From positions 93,310,001 to 93,374,000 of the forward strand of contig NC_042999.1 in NCBI RefSeq assembly GCF_006345805.1: a stretch of 64,000 bases of DNA, read 5' to 3'. The notes below the pieces were generated by a model. It had not been told where the DNA came from and ran no database searches. It saw only the letters and a list, made by a program, of their open reading frames with translations. How positions within the stretch are numbered: the stretch's first letter is position 1; each line of letters starts with the position of its first letter. Source of the stretch: Octopus sinensis (Eukaryota). Shown here one piece after another: positions 13,614-28,124 of this stretch. A program made the position numbers and the translations under genes.

Positions 13614-16600
13614 CATATATATGTAGCCTAACCAACTGCAGTAACAGTGGCAGCAGCAGCATTAGTAAAAGGACGGGGAGAAGGATGAGTGTTGCGAAAC
13701 ATTTTGCTCCTGAAAATTAATTAACATCGGCTCACCAACATTTTTGTAAAGAGTAAATCTGGTAAATTGAATTTTATGGTTAGAGAGCTGAAACATTAAA
13801 AGACTTAATAAGGTAAATATTGTACTGTTTGTACAGCTATCTCCCACTAGTTACGTAAATTTAATAACGTGGGTACCACAAGAAATGTTACAGACTGTAT
13901 ACATCTAAACGCATACAGTTGATAAAATGTCAACGATTACAGTACAAATATATCAGCGAGGACAGATGTGGACAGTTAATGCCATTTAAATACGTGGAAT
14001 TTGTAATTGAGGCGTGCAGCGAGAATTTCTGTAGGCACTTTATAAATGTCAATCAGCAATGTGGGTATCAGACGACTATGTAAATATATATGTAGTGTTT
14101 TGATGTGCATATATGTATGTAGATGCGTGTGTAGCATATATATATAAAACTTAGATAAAACTTAGATATGTTTCGATATATATATATGTATATGTGTGTG
14201 TGTGTGTATATATATATACATACAGTATGTATATAAGTATCTGTATATGCATATGTATGTAAGTGTATGCATGTGTGTATGCTGTATACGGAATCCTGTG
14301 TACATACAACATAAATACAAACACTCAGACGCACATGCACCGAAACACACTTACGAACACACACACTCACGAATACACACACACATACACCCACACGCAC
14401 AGACACACATATGCGTGTGTATATACATACATAGCTGTGTGTGTGTATGTGATACTTATCTACATCTGAGAAGCTGTGTGCAAATGTACATCCTGTAATC
14501 AAATATTCGTTGAGTAGACCTGTAATTATATTATATTTAATACCTAATAAATCAATCGCTAGTTAATATATAATGACTTTGTAACAATTGGATGTGAATG
14601 CATTGGCCTATATATTTGGACAGCGGCGTCTGCAAAGAAAATTCACTTAAATGTCCTGATTTTCTTCTATTCGGCCGGAAATTTATTATTACAACCATAG
14701 CTTAACTGACTCTGTATAAACGTATTTCATTCATCTAGTATGAATCAGAAGGAAGTTCCAGCGGTGCGATAACCTTCATGCCATCGTACAGAATTTACGG
14801 CAATATCAAAAGCAGCATTATATAGTTATATAACAGACATTTAAGATAATACTTGATAATGCAATTTAAATATGAATGAATCTCTTACGAATGAATAAAA
14901 ACGTCGCCATAGTTGATCTCACATCGTACACACATGTACATTCATATCCTCATATATCAACTTAAGCACAAAGACGTACACAAACACACAGACGCACACC
15001 AGTGTAGACAGTTCAGGGGCACACACCAATGTACATGTAAAAATCTATTTAAAATATTACATTTAAACTATCATCATCGTAAATGTTTTATCTATTGTCG
15101 TAGACTTACCCATATTACGTCTCCATATTCCGGTCGTCATCAACGTAGTCTGCACTATCATCATCATATCGGCAGCGGCAGAAATAGTCTGTAGTAGGTA
15201 TTACCACCAGCAGTGGAAGCATCAACACCATTTATCGCTCTACTGTCGTTATAATGATCATAGTGTGTTTCGCCAAACATTCACCATATACAACTTCATT
15301 GTCATTGACATTATAACACATATAAAACGAAGATGAATATATTTTGCTATTAGCCCTGTTTTCAGTCTTTGTACATAGCCATAGATTTTTGCCAAATTGT
15401 ATTGGAATATATATAGTCTACCGCTGGAGTTTCCATCGTATGTCTCCACCAAATTTGTGGAACACGTGTAGATATTTAAAAGACAAACTGCAAGCCAGCG
15501 AGTTAAGCAAGGATAAATAAAGTTGTAGGTGTGCTATATAATTTTTCTCCCTTCCCTAATTACTGTCTGCTGGCTAGAAATAGTAAGCTATTATTCACTC
15601 CGTCTTAGGCTCTGGTAGATTGCCTGCCCATATATTTCTCACTATTTCCTTCTATTGTTTGCTCATTGTATATATGTCTCACTGTCCTTTGTCCTTCCTT
15701 CCTTTCTTCTTTCCTTTCTTTCTTTCTTTCTTTCTTTCACTGTATCTGCAGAAATGAATTCGAAATTTTTAAGCGATTTGTATTGTGATATTCCTACACT
15801 ACTGCCCTATCCCACACCGTTTCAGTATATCAAGGATGAGAAAGTCGCCTTTTTACAACAATTTTCTGTACCTACGATCTATATCCATGGTTAATAGCCA
15901 CTTGTAAACCCAGATCTGCTGCTGCTGCAATAATAGCAGGCAAACTGATTAATATGATGTTACTCGATTAATGTGATGTTACACGACTGATTAATAGGAT
16001 GTTACTCAAAAATGCACTCCAAACCCAGGCCGAATGGGTTTCTTTATTTTTATCATATTTTACTGCTACTAAAATGAACTCTACTTTTTGGAGATTTTAC
16101 GACTGTTCTGTCTTTATTTAAAGATTTCCAATTCAAACATTTCCCTCTCGCATTATCAGAGTTATTTCCCAGAGATTTGTAACGCAAAAGCGGCCATTTC
16201 CAGTAATTGTTTTCTAATATGGCGCTTTCTGCACCACTTCTCGAGAAGCCACCATTATAAAACCGTTGGAATGTAGCATTAACTGCATAAATCTCAACAA
16301 TCTTGGAAGATCTGTTGAGGCCATGGATGCATCCCATTCTGTTTCAGTCTTTAAAAATAGCGAGAAACCTACACGCGTTAAAGCGCAAAACATCTTCACG
16401 ATTTTGATTTTACTGAAGATATGCTACGTACCATGCAGCGGCAACTGATTTCAAGAAGCATCATAAATACTTCGACATATTCAAGCCTGATATTCAAAAT
16501 ACAAATATATCGTTTATATAACGAGGAAAATCTAACCGGAGAAAGCTAGTGGTGCTGACCAGCTTCTATTTATGAAGTGATGCCACACGTTATAATCAAT

Positions 16601-16630
16601 ATGCGTCGATTATTTCACATTTGCTTTCCG

Positions 16631-16683
16631 GTGCCCCAGCATGGCCACAGCTCATAAGCTGAAACTGGAATCAATCAATCAAT
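16631..16683 (+). mobile_element. SINE 3' tail fragment
   Basis: GTGCCCCAGCATGGCCACAG..CTGAAAC resembles the reverse complement of the tail at 18170-18205. Confidence 0.5.
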
Positions 16684-16972
16684 TTGACAATCTAGCGTTA
16701 CGTTTGAACACACAACTTAAACCAACGAAGGAGGCAACGTGCTAAATAACTATAAAATCAGGTATAATCATCCATAAATAAAGCCGTACATAAATAAGTT
16801 CAAGAAGATAGGATGAAAGGGAAAGCATTTCGAAATTTCAAACTGTTGTTCGTAGAATAATTTCATGGACATCGAACGTTTATCAGTACATAGCGTGGAA
16901 AAGTTTCTCAACGCTACGGGCGAAATTAGCTGAGAGAATTCATCAATGTCAGCGTCTCTCGCTCTCTGTCGG

Positions 16973-17121
<149 letters not shown>

Positions 17122-17254
17122 GGGTGTGGGTGTCGGTGTGTGTGTGTTTATGTACATGTTTACACGTGAGTGCGTGTGTATGCTTATAGGCTTGGAGGCG
17201 TATATGTACGCGTGTATATGGGTGTATGTATCCATGATGGTATGTGTGTACTAG

Positions 17255-17988
17255 ATGACCAATTAATTCAAAGAACCAGATTAAACGCTCAACAGCTCTG
17301 ATTTACAACACATTAGGTCCCCAGACGACACTGTTGATTTATTGACACCCAAAACTTCTACAACTAAATTTTATCAATCTCCTGACCACCATGTTTGGTC
17401 CGTAACCTCTAAACATCCCTTATCTTTATATTTTTTTACATTTTTATCATGTTTATTCCTATTTTTATTTTTTTACTTTTTACTTTTATTTCTATCTCCA
17501 TTTTTACTTTATAACCTTATGCCTTTACATTTATTTATATTTATTTATATTTATTTATATTCTTTATACCCCCTTTACATCTCCTTATATCCCTTTATAT
17601 CTTTATACTCTACATTTTTATATTTTTCTATACTTACACATTTTATACATTTTTTTATCCCTCGTCCTGAATTCTCGCCCCTCCATCTTCACGTCTATAT
17701 ATGTATTTATTTATTTACATTACTTCAACATCCAAATTTCCTCATTCTACATTGAGAGAAGAAAGAGATGGACACTTCAATTCTATGCTGCTGCCGCATT
17801 ATGTCGTACGCGAATGAGAGGATTTGCATCCCCAACCAAGAATTTTTGATGTAACACATGTCCTTGTGGAAGATGTTGTGCGCGGCTGAAGAAGGCCACA
17901 GACATACATTATGCATTGTTATAAATCTGTCTAATAAAGGCCCGAAACATATGTACCGCTGAATCCTTCGCATCATGTTTTTATTTTG

Positions 17989-17991
<3 letters not shown>
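17255..17991 (+). mobile_element. Penelope-like element 3' end / pLTR remnant
   Basis: Weak GIY-YIG C-terminal-like LIYNTLGP, T-rich UTR, hammerhead near the 3' end, then (TA)n. Confidence 0.5.
17882..17959 (+). ncRNA. type I hammerhead ribozyme motif, intact core
   Basis: GCGG-CTGAAGA-A-GGCC..ACAGA/TCTGT..GGCC-C-GAAAC-ATAT-GTA-CCGC; stem I GCGG/CCGC; palindromic loop 3. Confidence 0.75.
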
Positions 17992-18022
<31 letters not shown>

Positions 18023-18141
18023 CATATATGTGTGCGTGTATGCGTGTGTGTATGTATATATATATCTATATATACATATAGATGTAGGTATGTACATATA
18101 TGTATGTATATATGCATATATTTATATATAATATATATATA

Positions 18142-18455
18142 TTCTTTTATTCTTTTTTCTTTTATTCGTTTCAGTCATTTAACTGCGGTCATGCTGGAGC
18201 ACCGCCTTCAGTCGAGGAAATCGACCCCAATACTTATTCTTTGTAAGCCTAGTACTTACTCTATCGGTCTCTTTTGCCGAAGCTCTAAGTTACGAGGACG
18301 TAAACACACCAGAATCGGTTGTCAAGCGATGTTTGGTGGGGGTCAAACACACACACATATACATATATATATACGACGAGCTTCTTTCAGTTTCCGTCAA
18401 CTAAATCCACTCACAAGGCTTTGGTCGGCCCGATACTATAGTAGAAGACACTTGC
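18142..18455 (-). mobile_element. tRNA-derived SINE, family B (octopus-type), 5'-truncated
   Basis: TTCAGTCATTTAACTGCGGTCATGCTGGAGCACCGCC ... CACTCACAAGGCTTTGGTCGGCCCG..TAGTAGAAGACACTTGC; overlaps in homology with the head at 27381. Confidence 0.85.
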
Positions 18456-20669
18456 ACACACACAATCAAGACGTTTCGAAAGAAAATGAAGAGTTATACA
18501 CCTTCAAAATTAATTTGCTACAATACTATTCTCATTATTAAATTCTAATTTGACACCTGTTTTGTTGGGTAAGTGTCGTAGTTTCGTTTGATGTAGCAGT
18601 TATGAGCATTTAGTCGATTCAGTTGCAATATATCTGCTCATGTGAGGCGGGCATTTTTATGTAGCATTGTTCAAATTTTTAAGCATGGGGTTTCGTGAAG
18701 CGAAAGCTTATTCCAGGTGAAGTATCATGAAACCCCAGGGTACATCGAAATAGAGTCTGCCTTGATTATATAGTTGGTATCACGGAAACTTAAAATGACC
18801 TTTTTAGATATTAATAAAATAGATTATTTTATACTCTGAGTTGTAGGAAAGGGCATTAATTAGCTCAGGATGCATTCTCATCATTGACCTTTCATAATGA
18901 AGATAATTTTTTCCGTATAAAGTAAATGAAGGGAATCGAAAGAAAGAAGGAATATATATCGTTTCAGCTTAGGAAATCACATTAGTCCATAGTAATAAAC
19001 TTTTTTTACATTTTCGATACATTAGAAGTCTAATATTGAATAAGCTGAATAAAATAAGGGGAACTTCTAATCATATTTTGCCTCAAATCCCCCACAAACT
19101 CTATAATTTTGAAGTTTCGTGTGAGTTTGTTAAAATCTAACTAAAGTAATTTTGCGCTTAGTTTACTAGGTTAAATTATATGCAATTTTATATAATTTCG
19201 AATTAAAATCATTTTTTTGGAAAATGCTTAAATACTTATCTAAATGAATGTGAGCATTTTATTGTTATTTCGTTTCCAAGATATAATAAACTACAATTAG
19301 AGGTATACATATGGAATATTTCTTTCAATCATAGAATACATTTTGAATTTCCGATAGTTTGCGCCGAAGGTCTACAAATAATTGCCCATTTCGTATCATA
19401 TTTAGTGTACCTATCTTTGAAAATGTAGACGAACCCTATGCAACTTGCACAATTAATTATTTCCCTAATTTTAAACAAATAAAAGTTGTTACTTAATCTT
19501 TGCTTAAAGTCAATAACCCTATATAATAATTAGGAATATCTCTGCTGCCATCGTACATTTTTAAACTAGTTTTTTTAGTGACGCATTGTCCTCCAAGTCG
19601 CTATAGTTATTTGGTCTTACAGTAACAAAAATTCTTATTAATATTAACCCTATAGTTATTACTGGCAGAAGTATTATCTACTCCATCTATATTATTACGT
19701 ATCACTCTTACTGATATCAGTTTGGCTATTGATTAAACCGGATGTTTTTATTGGATTCCTTATTCGGTTCATTTCATTCATGAGGGTGGTTTTTGTTCAG
19801 TTACCTTCCTTGCACTATTTTCCTTAGATTCCCTATTGTTTTTCACTACTATTTTTTGGTTAGAATTTCTAAAATTCGAGGGAAAATGACATATTTTGAC
19901 TGATTTCGAAATAAATAAATCGAGCCTACGATGGATGCTCTACACAAAAACATGACATGCTAGAAATAAGGCAGAATATACAACGTAATTTTAGTTAATA
20001 CTTAGAACAATATAGTCACGGATGAAACATCCTTCATTTGAGGTGCGTTCAACCAGTGCTACCTAGAATTAAATGAGAAACAGTATTTTCTATTCATAGA
20101 TCTGACCATGAATCGATTTTCGTCCAAGCTGAAACAATTTTATGAATACAGAAATTTAAAAGCAATAAATAAATAAATAAATAAATAAATGAATAAATAA
20201 ATAGAATAAAAAAATTAAAAAAAGGCTAATCCTATATCGTGACAGCCAAAGTTGTCCGAGTAATACACGAATCAATAAATCAAACAGAAAAATCAACCAA
20301 AATATTAAATATCTTTGTACAATATAATCACACATAGAAAATATTTGTTGATGATATTTCATAAATAAAATGAAAACGGCCATCGAAATGTTTACTTATT
20401 ATGGTGTCGATAAGTTCGTCAAACAAATATTATTGGATGTGTATTTGCACGGAAAAAACATATTAAAAATGTTTCAACAATGAATGGAACTCAGAAGTCG
20501 ATCAGTTTATAATGCCTAGTGGTTAGATGATAAATATTATGAGATTCATCTTTGATGTAAGCAAATACTTTGACGTGGATTTGACTAATGATGATGTAAC
20601 ATTATTTTGAACGAATGTAATTTATAACAGTGTATAAGCAGAAAAAAAACCCCACAAATACAGTAGGAC

Positions 20670-20737
<68 letters not shown>

Positions 20738-21155
20738 ATATCTATCTATCTATCTATCTACCCATCAATCAATCAATTACTCTCTATATAAGCATAGCTC
20801 ATACACAGACGCACACACATCTATACACACACGCACACACATGCACACATGTACACACACATATAACCAAGAATGTATATAAGCATAGACGTTTTTTTTT
20901 AATACATATTTACCGTAGTAAATATGAAATGAATACATCTAAACGTTCATACAATCATATTATGCTAAGATATATTACAGATATCACGATATGAAATTTA
21001 ACGTTTAACATCCCGAATATATATATCGATTTGTCCAACTCAATCTCCCTATCTTTCTCTCTCACTCTATCTCTCTCTCTCTCGCTCTCTCTATATAAAT
21101 ATGTGTGTGCGTGTGTGTAGACTTATGAGTATACATAAGTATATATATATATAAG

Positions 21156-21205
<50 letters not shown>

Positions 21206-21287
21206 CATATATAGTAATACATTTACACACGAATATATATATATATATATGTGCGTATGCATACATATAGATAACTAAACAGAAAAG

Positions 21288-21322
<35 letters not shown>

Positions 21323-21919
21323 TCATACATATATACATACATACATACATAGATAAATATATACATATATATACGGATATGCATATTTACATATTTTCGT
21401 TGGCTGCGTGCATGTGCAATGCAATTACAGAGTAATTTAATTTAAATCTATTTTGACGTGTCTGTGATATATCTTGCCAATCATACACTATTGCATGTAT
21501 CGTGTGTTTACTGGAGTATAGTTACCACTCGTATAAAATCATGCAAAATATGTGACCGGCTGTATGTATTTATGTGCGCGTGTGTATAATTGTGTATGTG
21601 TGTGTGTATCTGTTTTTCGGTTGTGTCTTTTTCTTTATAAGCATACAAATCTGTTGTTGATGTTCATAGATCACGACATAGTAATTTACATAAGTCTCTT
21701 CTTATATGCAATACCCAATAGTGCTGCAGTTATTTATCTGCACAAATTATGTGCTTAATAATCTATGCACAATCATATACAAGTATTGTGACATTTGCGA
21801 ATAATCTGATATCGCACTCATACGAAGATAGTAAGTTAAGATTATCGAGATACGGCCTGTTGTTCCGTCCTTCGAAATTTCTACAATTAAAATAATTTTG
21901 TATAAATGAAAATAGGCAA

Positions 21920-22112
21920 GGAGCTGCTGGAAAGTTCCTGACTCTATGTTAAAGAAAATTCAGGCGGATTAATTATGATTTTATTTAGCGTATTCCCCTC
22001 TCAAATCTACACACTTATTGCAGAGTTCCTTCAGTTTTTCTAAGCCCTCTAAAAGAACTCGGAAATCTGGGCCTTTAACAAGATCTTTAAAGCCAGGAAC
22101 TTTTCAGCATCC
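21920..22112. mobile_element. mariner-type MITE / internal deletion derivative
   Basis: Imperfect TIRs TGCTGGAAAGTTCCTGACT ... AGCCAGGAACTTTTCAGCA. Confidence 0.7.
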
Positions 22113-23311
22113 ATTCCTATACAAAAAAATATTATTCTAAAATGAATTTAACTTGATACTTATACACTCGGCCGATAGTGTTCCCATTTCATAGCCTACC
22201 TTGTTTGTTCATTTTTCTTAATCTTCAATACTTTCTTCATTTGTGAATGTTTTCAACGTCCACGCCATACCTTTACGCTGCTCTTCATCGGTACAACATG
22301 ACATTAATTGCTTACAACCTTTCTTCAGACACCATTTATGTATATTGTTAGTGCCTACAACTATTAAGCTTATTGGCAGTTGCCCCTCAATTAGTACAGC
22401 TCAAAGTTTTCGAGATAACTCCTCCATAAACTTTGTCTTCTCATCTCAATCCTTTCGTTCGAAGTAATATGAATATCGTTTACTACGAATACTTTTCTCA
22501 GTTTATATTGTTTTAGTATTTTGTTTTAGTGGAGATGGGATTCGCCGTTGAAGTAGGACTGGAATACAAATGTGTAAATTATAGTAGTGCATTACCTTTA
22601 AACATAATCATTGGGAAGAGTTCTGTGATTGAGTTGTAGGCAATTGTGTAATAAAAGGTGTTTTTAAATTATTAACTTGTAAAATAACTTGGATTTTAAG
22701 TCCCAAACATACGCTATTGCCCGCTTCGATTTTATTATCAGTTGCTCTATATGAGATGTCGTCTGTACAGATAGAGGTAGCTGATCAATCTCCCACTTAA
22801 GTAATGACTTAAGAAAACAATACTATAACACGTTGAATATTATGCGCTGAGGGGTCACTTGGGTACGTAGAACGTGATGGTTGCAGTAAGAATGAATTTC
22901 ATTATAAATATGTTCGATGAGGGATGACCTGTGGGAGCACAACGTATCTAAAGATGTTCAGCAGGGCCTAAAGATGAATGAAATATTCATTTTCCATATT
23001 TAGTGTTTGAATTGCGTAACGAAACAATAACATATTTTGTTTGCGTCGCTTTTGTATTTGTTATTCCTGAAGCAGATAGGATACACGCGGAGTAAAAGTA
23101 TAACTACATGATAGAAAGATATGTGCATACTGTTCTTTCAAGTTGGTAATGGTATTCATTGTGCAACAAGCAGAACAGGAAATTGTTGGTGAACCGAGGA
23201 AAGAGGGGCGAGAAAATGAAGAAAATTGTGTCTACCTGGCTGTTTGTGTGTGTTTTGTATTTGAAGTTGTGTCAATACATGTCTGCGTATATCTATATGT
23301 AGTTATGTAAT

Positions 23312-23344
23312 GTATATATATATATATTATATATATATATACAC

Positions 23345-23381
<37 letters not shown>

Positions 23382-23432
23382 TATATTATATATATATATA
23401 TATATATATATTATGTGTATATATATATATAC

Positions 23433-23476
<44 letters not shown>

Positions 23477-23525
23477 GTATATATATATATGTATATATAT
23501 ATATAATGTATATATATATATATAT

Positions 23526-23563
<38 letters not shown>

Positions 23564-23596
23564 ATATATATATATGTATATATTATATATTACATG

Positions 23597-23632
<36 letters not shown>

Positions 23633-23705
23633 TGTATATTAGACACACACACGCACACACACACCACACGCACACACACACCACACGCACACACACATAT
23701 ATACA
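23312..23705. repeat. long interrupted (TA)n followed by (CA)n
   Basis: Seen directly. Confidence 0.95.
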
Positions 23706-24499
23706 CGCAAGCGTACACACGCTGTTATGAATCTTTATGTTTATAACGACAATATTAAATGCGTTAAGTAAAAGCAATATAGGTTCTGAGTAGCAACGTA
23801 TCAATTATACAAACGATTCTAGCTTCAGGTGTTGGGCATAAAATTGGTCCCACGAATATCATATTCACTCTGCTTCAGGTTCATGCGAGATCATTTATTG
23901 TCAGTTACAACTATAGAAATCAAGTATGAAGACTTTTCGACAATGTAAATACATATAGATAATGATATTGCAAAACTATGTCTACTGCTGAAAATTTCAG
24001 TGGACGCAAATGAAATAGCTGTGATAAAATAACTTTTACGTGTGTATATCTCTAAATGTGTAAACATTGCTAAATAGTATTATGTTGTGAAATAGCCAGT
24101 GATAAAATCTCTTCATAGATTTGATGTATTTAAAATAAAATGTATATTGGAGCTATGAGACCATCATCGCTGTAGTTGAGTACGAGAACAATAGTCTTGT
24201 TTTGCCTTTGAAGATTGGCAATGTCATGCTGTAGACTGTGTCGTGCATAAGGGAAACGGGAGGTTCGATATATAGGATTTAGTAATAAAACATTCCCTAG
24301 TGCTGCGAATACGTGCCAAGTTGTTGAAAAACATCGGCATGCAAAGACGAGGCATGCAGCATTAAATGAAATCTCTTCCTATGGACATTAAAAAAGTCAT
24401 TATGAGGAAATAAAGTTAAGTTATATAGCTAATGAATTAAATTTTATAACATCTACAATGAGAAAATTACGAGATAAAGGACAGAAAATTATGTCGAAT

Positions 24500-25620
24500 G
24501 ATCAAGGGTCACTCCGATAACTTTCCGGACTTTATTTTTCCATAGAACTAATTTAATGCTTAAGGTTGAACAACTCTTGAATCTTTGGCTAGTAAAGACT
24601 GTTTTAGTTGCTGATAAGGGAGCAGCAACTAATTGAAATGAATGATTGCTGAACGGGACTACACACAAAAGCAAGTTTTCAACGCTGATAGGAATGCACT
24701 TTTTTCAAAGTGCATGCCTGCTAGAACTTCAATTTCTCCGGACGGAAAAATCAAAACTAGGATTTAAAGCTTACAAAAGTTGCTTGACACTAGTTTTGGG
24801 AGGAAATATCGCTTGTAATATAGTATTAAACCCCGTTCATCTGCATCACTCCTGAAATCTAAGGATAATCAAGGATTACACAAAATTTAATTTATCCCTG
24901 ATTTGTCGTTCAGATAAGAAGGTATTAAATGATTAAGAGTTATTTTAAGAGCGGTTTACAAACGTCTTTTTTTCTGCAGTAGTGCCATACAATATTTACA
25001 ACAATGCCTTGCTTCTCTTAGAGAATATATCGATTCACACAACAAAATTAGCTGACCTTGCTGATAACGTGAAAGTTGTATATATCCCCAAGAATACGTC
25101 TTTACTTCAGCCATTGGATTAATGCGTTATGGCTAACTTAAAGACACATAATATGAGACGAGTCACCAAACAACTTATCGGAGCAGCTGACAGAGAGAAT
25201 AAACCTACAGTAAAATATTTCTGGAAGAAATTTTACATACAGTATGCTGTAGATAATATTGCTGAGTAATGGCATGGATTGGAGCCTTCAACTTTGAATA
25301 TTACTTGGAAAGGTATATGACCTGTATATGTATCCATGACATTACAAGAATGAACCTACAGTAAAATATTTCTGGAAGAAATTTTACATACAGTATGCTG
25401 TAGATAATATTGCTGAGTAACGGCATGGATTGGAGCCTTCAACTTTGAATATTACTTGGAAAGGTATATGACCTGTATATGTACCCATGACATTACAAGT
25501 TTTTCCTCAAGCAGAAAGTATATATCTCATTTGGAAAGATATTGTGACACCTGCAAACGGTGTAGGATTTGAAGTAATGATTGAGGATTATGTGATTCAG
25601 TTGGTAATGTTCTAGACAAA
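24500..25620 (+). pseudogene. pogo/Tigger (TIGD1-like) transposase remnant
   Basis: QVFNAD, GFKAYKSCLTLVLGGN and VYIPKNTSLLQPLD*CVMANLKTH motifs with many stops. Confidence 0.75.
25202..25499 (+). repeat. 147-bp direct tandem duplication
   Basis: 25202-25348 and 25353-25499, 2 mismatches seen, AATG spacer. Confidence 0.95.
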
Positions 25621-25872
25621 AATTTTATCTAACGAGTAATGCTCATTCCATCACCACTACTTACACAGTACTCAACCCCTTGTATTGTAAGAACGTAATC
25701 TTATAATATTACCATTCCTATTAATTTCCAAACCTATTCTATTTGAAAGGTTTTTGTGTTTTCATGTATCGATATTTTCCGTGTATATTTAGAAGTAGTT
25801 ATTTTCATGCAAACGTTGATTGCGTTTCTTGTCCTCTGTTATTTTCTTGTGTATCTTGATTTTCAAAAATAT

Positions 25873-26250
25873 CAGCAGAAATTGTTAGCACGCCGGGCGA
25901 AATGCCTAGCGGTATTTCGTCTGCCGTTACGGTCTGAGTTCAAATTCCGCCGAGGTCGACTTTACCTTTCATCCTTTCGGGGTCGATAAATTAAGTACCA
26001 GTTACGCACTGGGGTCGATGTAATCGATTTAATACCTATGTCTGACATTGTTTGTCCCCTCTATGTTTAGCCCCTTGTGGGTAATAGAAAAATAGGTATT
26101 TCGTCTGCCGCTACATTCTGAGTTCAAATTCCGCCGAGGTCGACTTTGCCTTTCATTCTTTCGGGGTAGATTAAATAAGTACCAGTTACGCCCTGGGCTC
26201 GATGTGATCAACTTAATTCCTTTGTCTGTCCTTGTTTGTCACCTCTATAA
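25873..26250 (+). mobile_element. SINE family A, full copy plus tandem 5'-truncated second copy
   Basis: GGTATTTCGTCTGCCG..CTGAGTTCAAATTCCGCCGAGGTCGACTTT occurs at ~25911 and ~26095. Confidence 0.9.
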
Positions 26251-27244
26251 ACATCAATGGGAAAAATAATTTCGCATTGCGGAATTTCGTGATACGCTGA
26301 TTTTCTGGAACATATTAATTCCGTATAAAAGAGATTTTTGTATTATTAGATATGCTGCACAAAGTAAAACAAAACGCTTTTGCTTATACAATAGTTTCCG
26401 GCTAGTACTCTCTAATTTTACCTTTCTTAGGATTCTATATTTCTCGTTTCGGCTGACTGCCATATCATACGACAAATTTTAAATAAATGTTATAGATAAA
26501 CACTCATTTGTCCGCGAAGTTTCGGGTTGTGCTGTGTGTTTGCAGACTTGATATTCTTTATTGATTGTATGAAGGATTTTATGTTTAACTTACAGCTTAA
26601 GCTAACTTACCTGTCGTTTCTACCGAATGATTTGTAGTATTTGTATTTTCTTTAAAAGAGCTTTCTGAGTTGTATTATTAAATGTGTGATTCTTACATTG
26701 CTACACACACACACAAATACACGCACACACACAAACACACACACAGACAAAAACAAAACAAACACTCACACAGATGTATGTGAAAATATATACATGTTTA
26801 TTGATGTTCTATTCTTCCCTCAGAATGAGAAAAAAATTATGGTAAACATGGTGATTTTCCCTTCAAACTCATACTTTTATCTCGCATTTTTATTTAACCT
26901 TTCGTTGAATTGTGTAACTAGTAATTAATTAAATTTTCAGTTCTGCACGATTTTACAAATGAAGTAACAAACCAAATTTTTCACCACTAGTTCACGTAAA
27001 ATGTAAATGAATATATGTTACGACAGTTTCTGTGTAGATAGTGCTATGTAACAAGTCACTGAATGCTGAAATTAGATTGATTCTCTTCCCGGCAAAAGAG
27101 AAAAAGGGTTTGATTTTAAATTCGCATAATTGCATACATATACATGTATATACATACATAAATACACACATGCATACATGCAGACAGACTTACACACAAA
27201 CACAAACACACACATGCGTAATATAGTCATTTTAAATATATGCA

Positions 27245-27364
27245 GCCATCCGACGATAATACCTTGAAGGTATCGGTTCACCACCGATCACTCAAGTTAC
27301 TCAACTTTGAAACTAGTGAGTACTTAGATGGGTGACCGCTTGGGAAACTTAGGTGTTGTAAGCA
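27245..27364 (+). pseudogene. 5S rRNA pseudogene
   Basis: ~120 nt containing CCGATCACTCAAGTTA, AGTACTTAGATGGGTGACCGCTTGGGAA (box C region) and GGTGTTGTAAGCA, collinear with metazoan 5S but with many substitutions. Confidence 0.85.
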
Positions 27365-27380
27365 ACTCACATATTTTATA

Positions 27381-27500
27381 TGCGCAGGAGTGGCTGTGTG
27401 GTAAGAAGCTTGCTTCTCAACCATAACGTTTTGGCACATTGGGCAAGTGTCTTCTACTATAACCGCGAGTCTACCAAAGCTTTGTGAGTGAAATTGGTCG
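27381..27500 (+). mobile_element. SINE family B 5' (tRNA-like) head
   Basis: GCGCAGGAGTGGCTGTGTGGTAAG..GGGCAAGTGTCTTCTACTATA..CCAAAGCTTTGTGAGTG. Confidence 0.8.
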
Positions 27501-28010
27501 TGTTTGGACGCCATACACACGGTAAGAGCGTCGCCTAAATATCTTTCACGTGCACTGCCTCCGGAAAATCCTTGGCATCAAATGGGAGAATCGTGTTCCC
27601 AACAAAGACGTCCTCAAGCAAGCATGAATACCAAGCATGTTTGCACTCCTCACACAAAGACGTATGAGATGGCTTGGACATGTTAGCTGTATGGAAGATG
27701 GCAGAATCCCCAAGGACATACTCTACGGAGAGCTTGCTAAAGGCACTAGGTCTGTGGGAAGACTGTTCTTACGATACAAGGATGTTTGCAGAAGGGACAT
27801 GAAGGCCTGCAACATCATTATTTGCAACTGGGAAGCAGTTGCCAGCAACAGTGGAGATTGGCGACCAACCGTAAAAGAGGGAACACAAAGGAGTGATATA
27901 GAGAAAGAGGAGAAATGGACAGACAAGAAAAGACGTCAGCAAGAAAGTATGACTACACAGCCACAGCAGGAGATGTATTAGGGCATGAAATGTAAGAGCC
28001 GGACTAGATT
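27501..28010 (+). mobile_element. RTE-clade LINE 3' fragment
   Basis: RRLNIFHVHCLRKILGIKWENRVPNKDVL and RRMRWLGHVSCMEDGRIPKDILYGEL..R..GR..LRYKD, typical of the RTE C-terminus. Confidence 0.9.
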
Positions 28011-28021
28011 TTATACTAGAT

Positions 28022-28091
<70 letters not shown>

Positions 28092-28124
28092 ATATAATAT
28101 ATAATATATATATATATGTATATA

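Noticed and set aside
27245-27364. Functional 5S rRNA gene
   Set aside because: Single copy with many substitutions and no immediate T-run terminator, so called a pseudogene.
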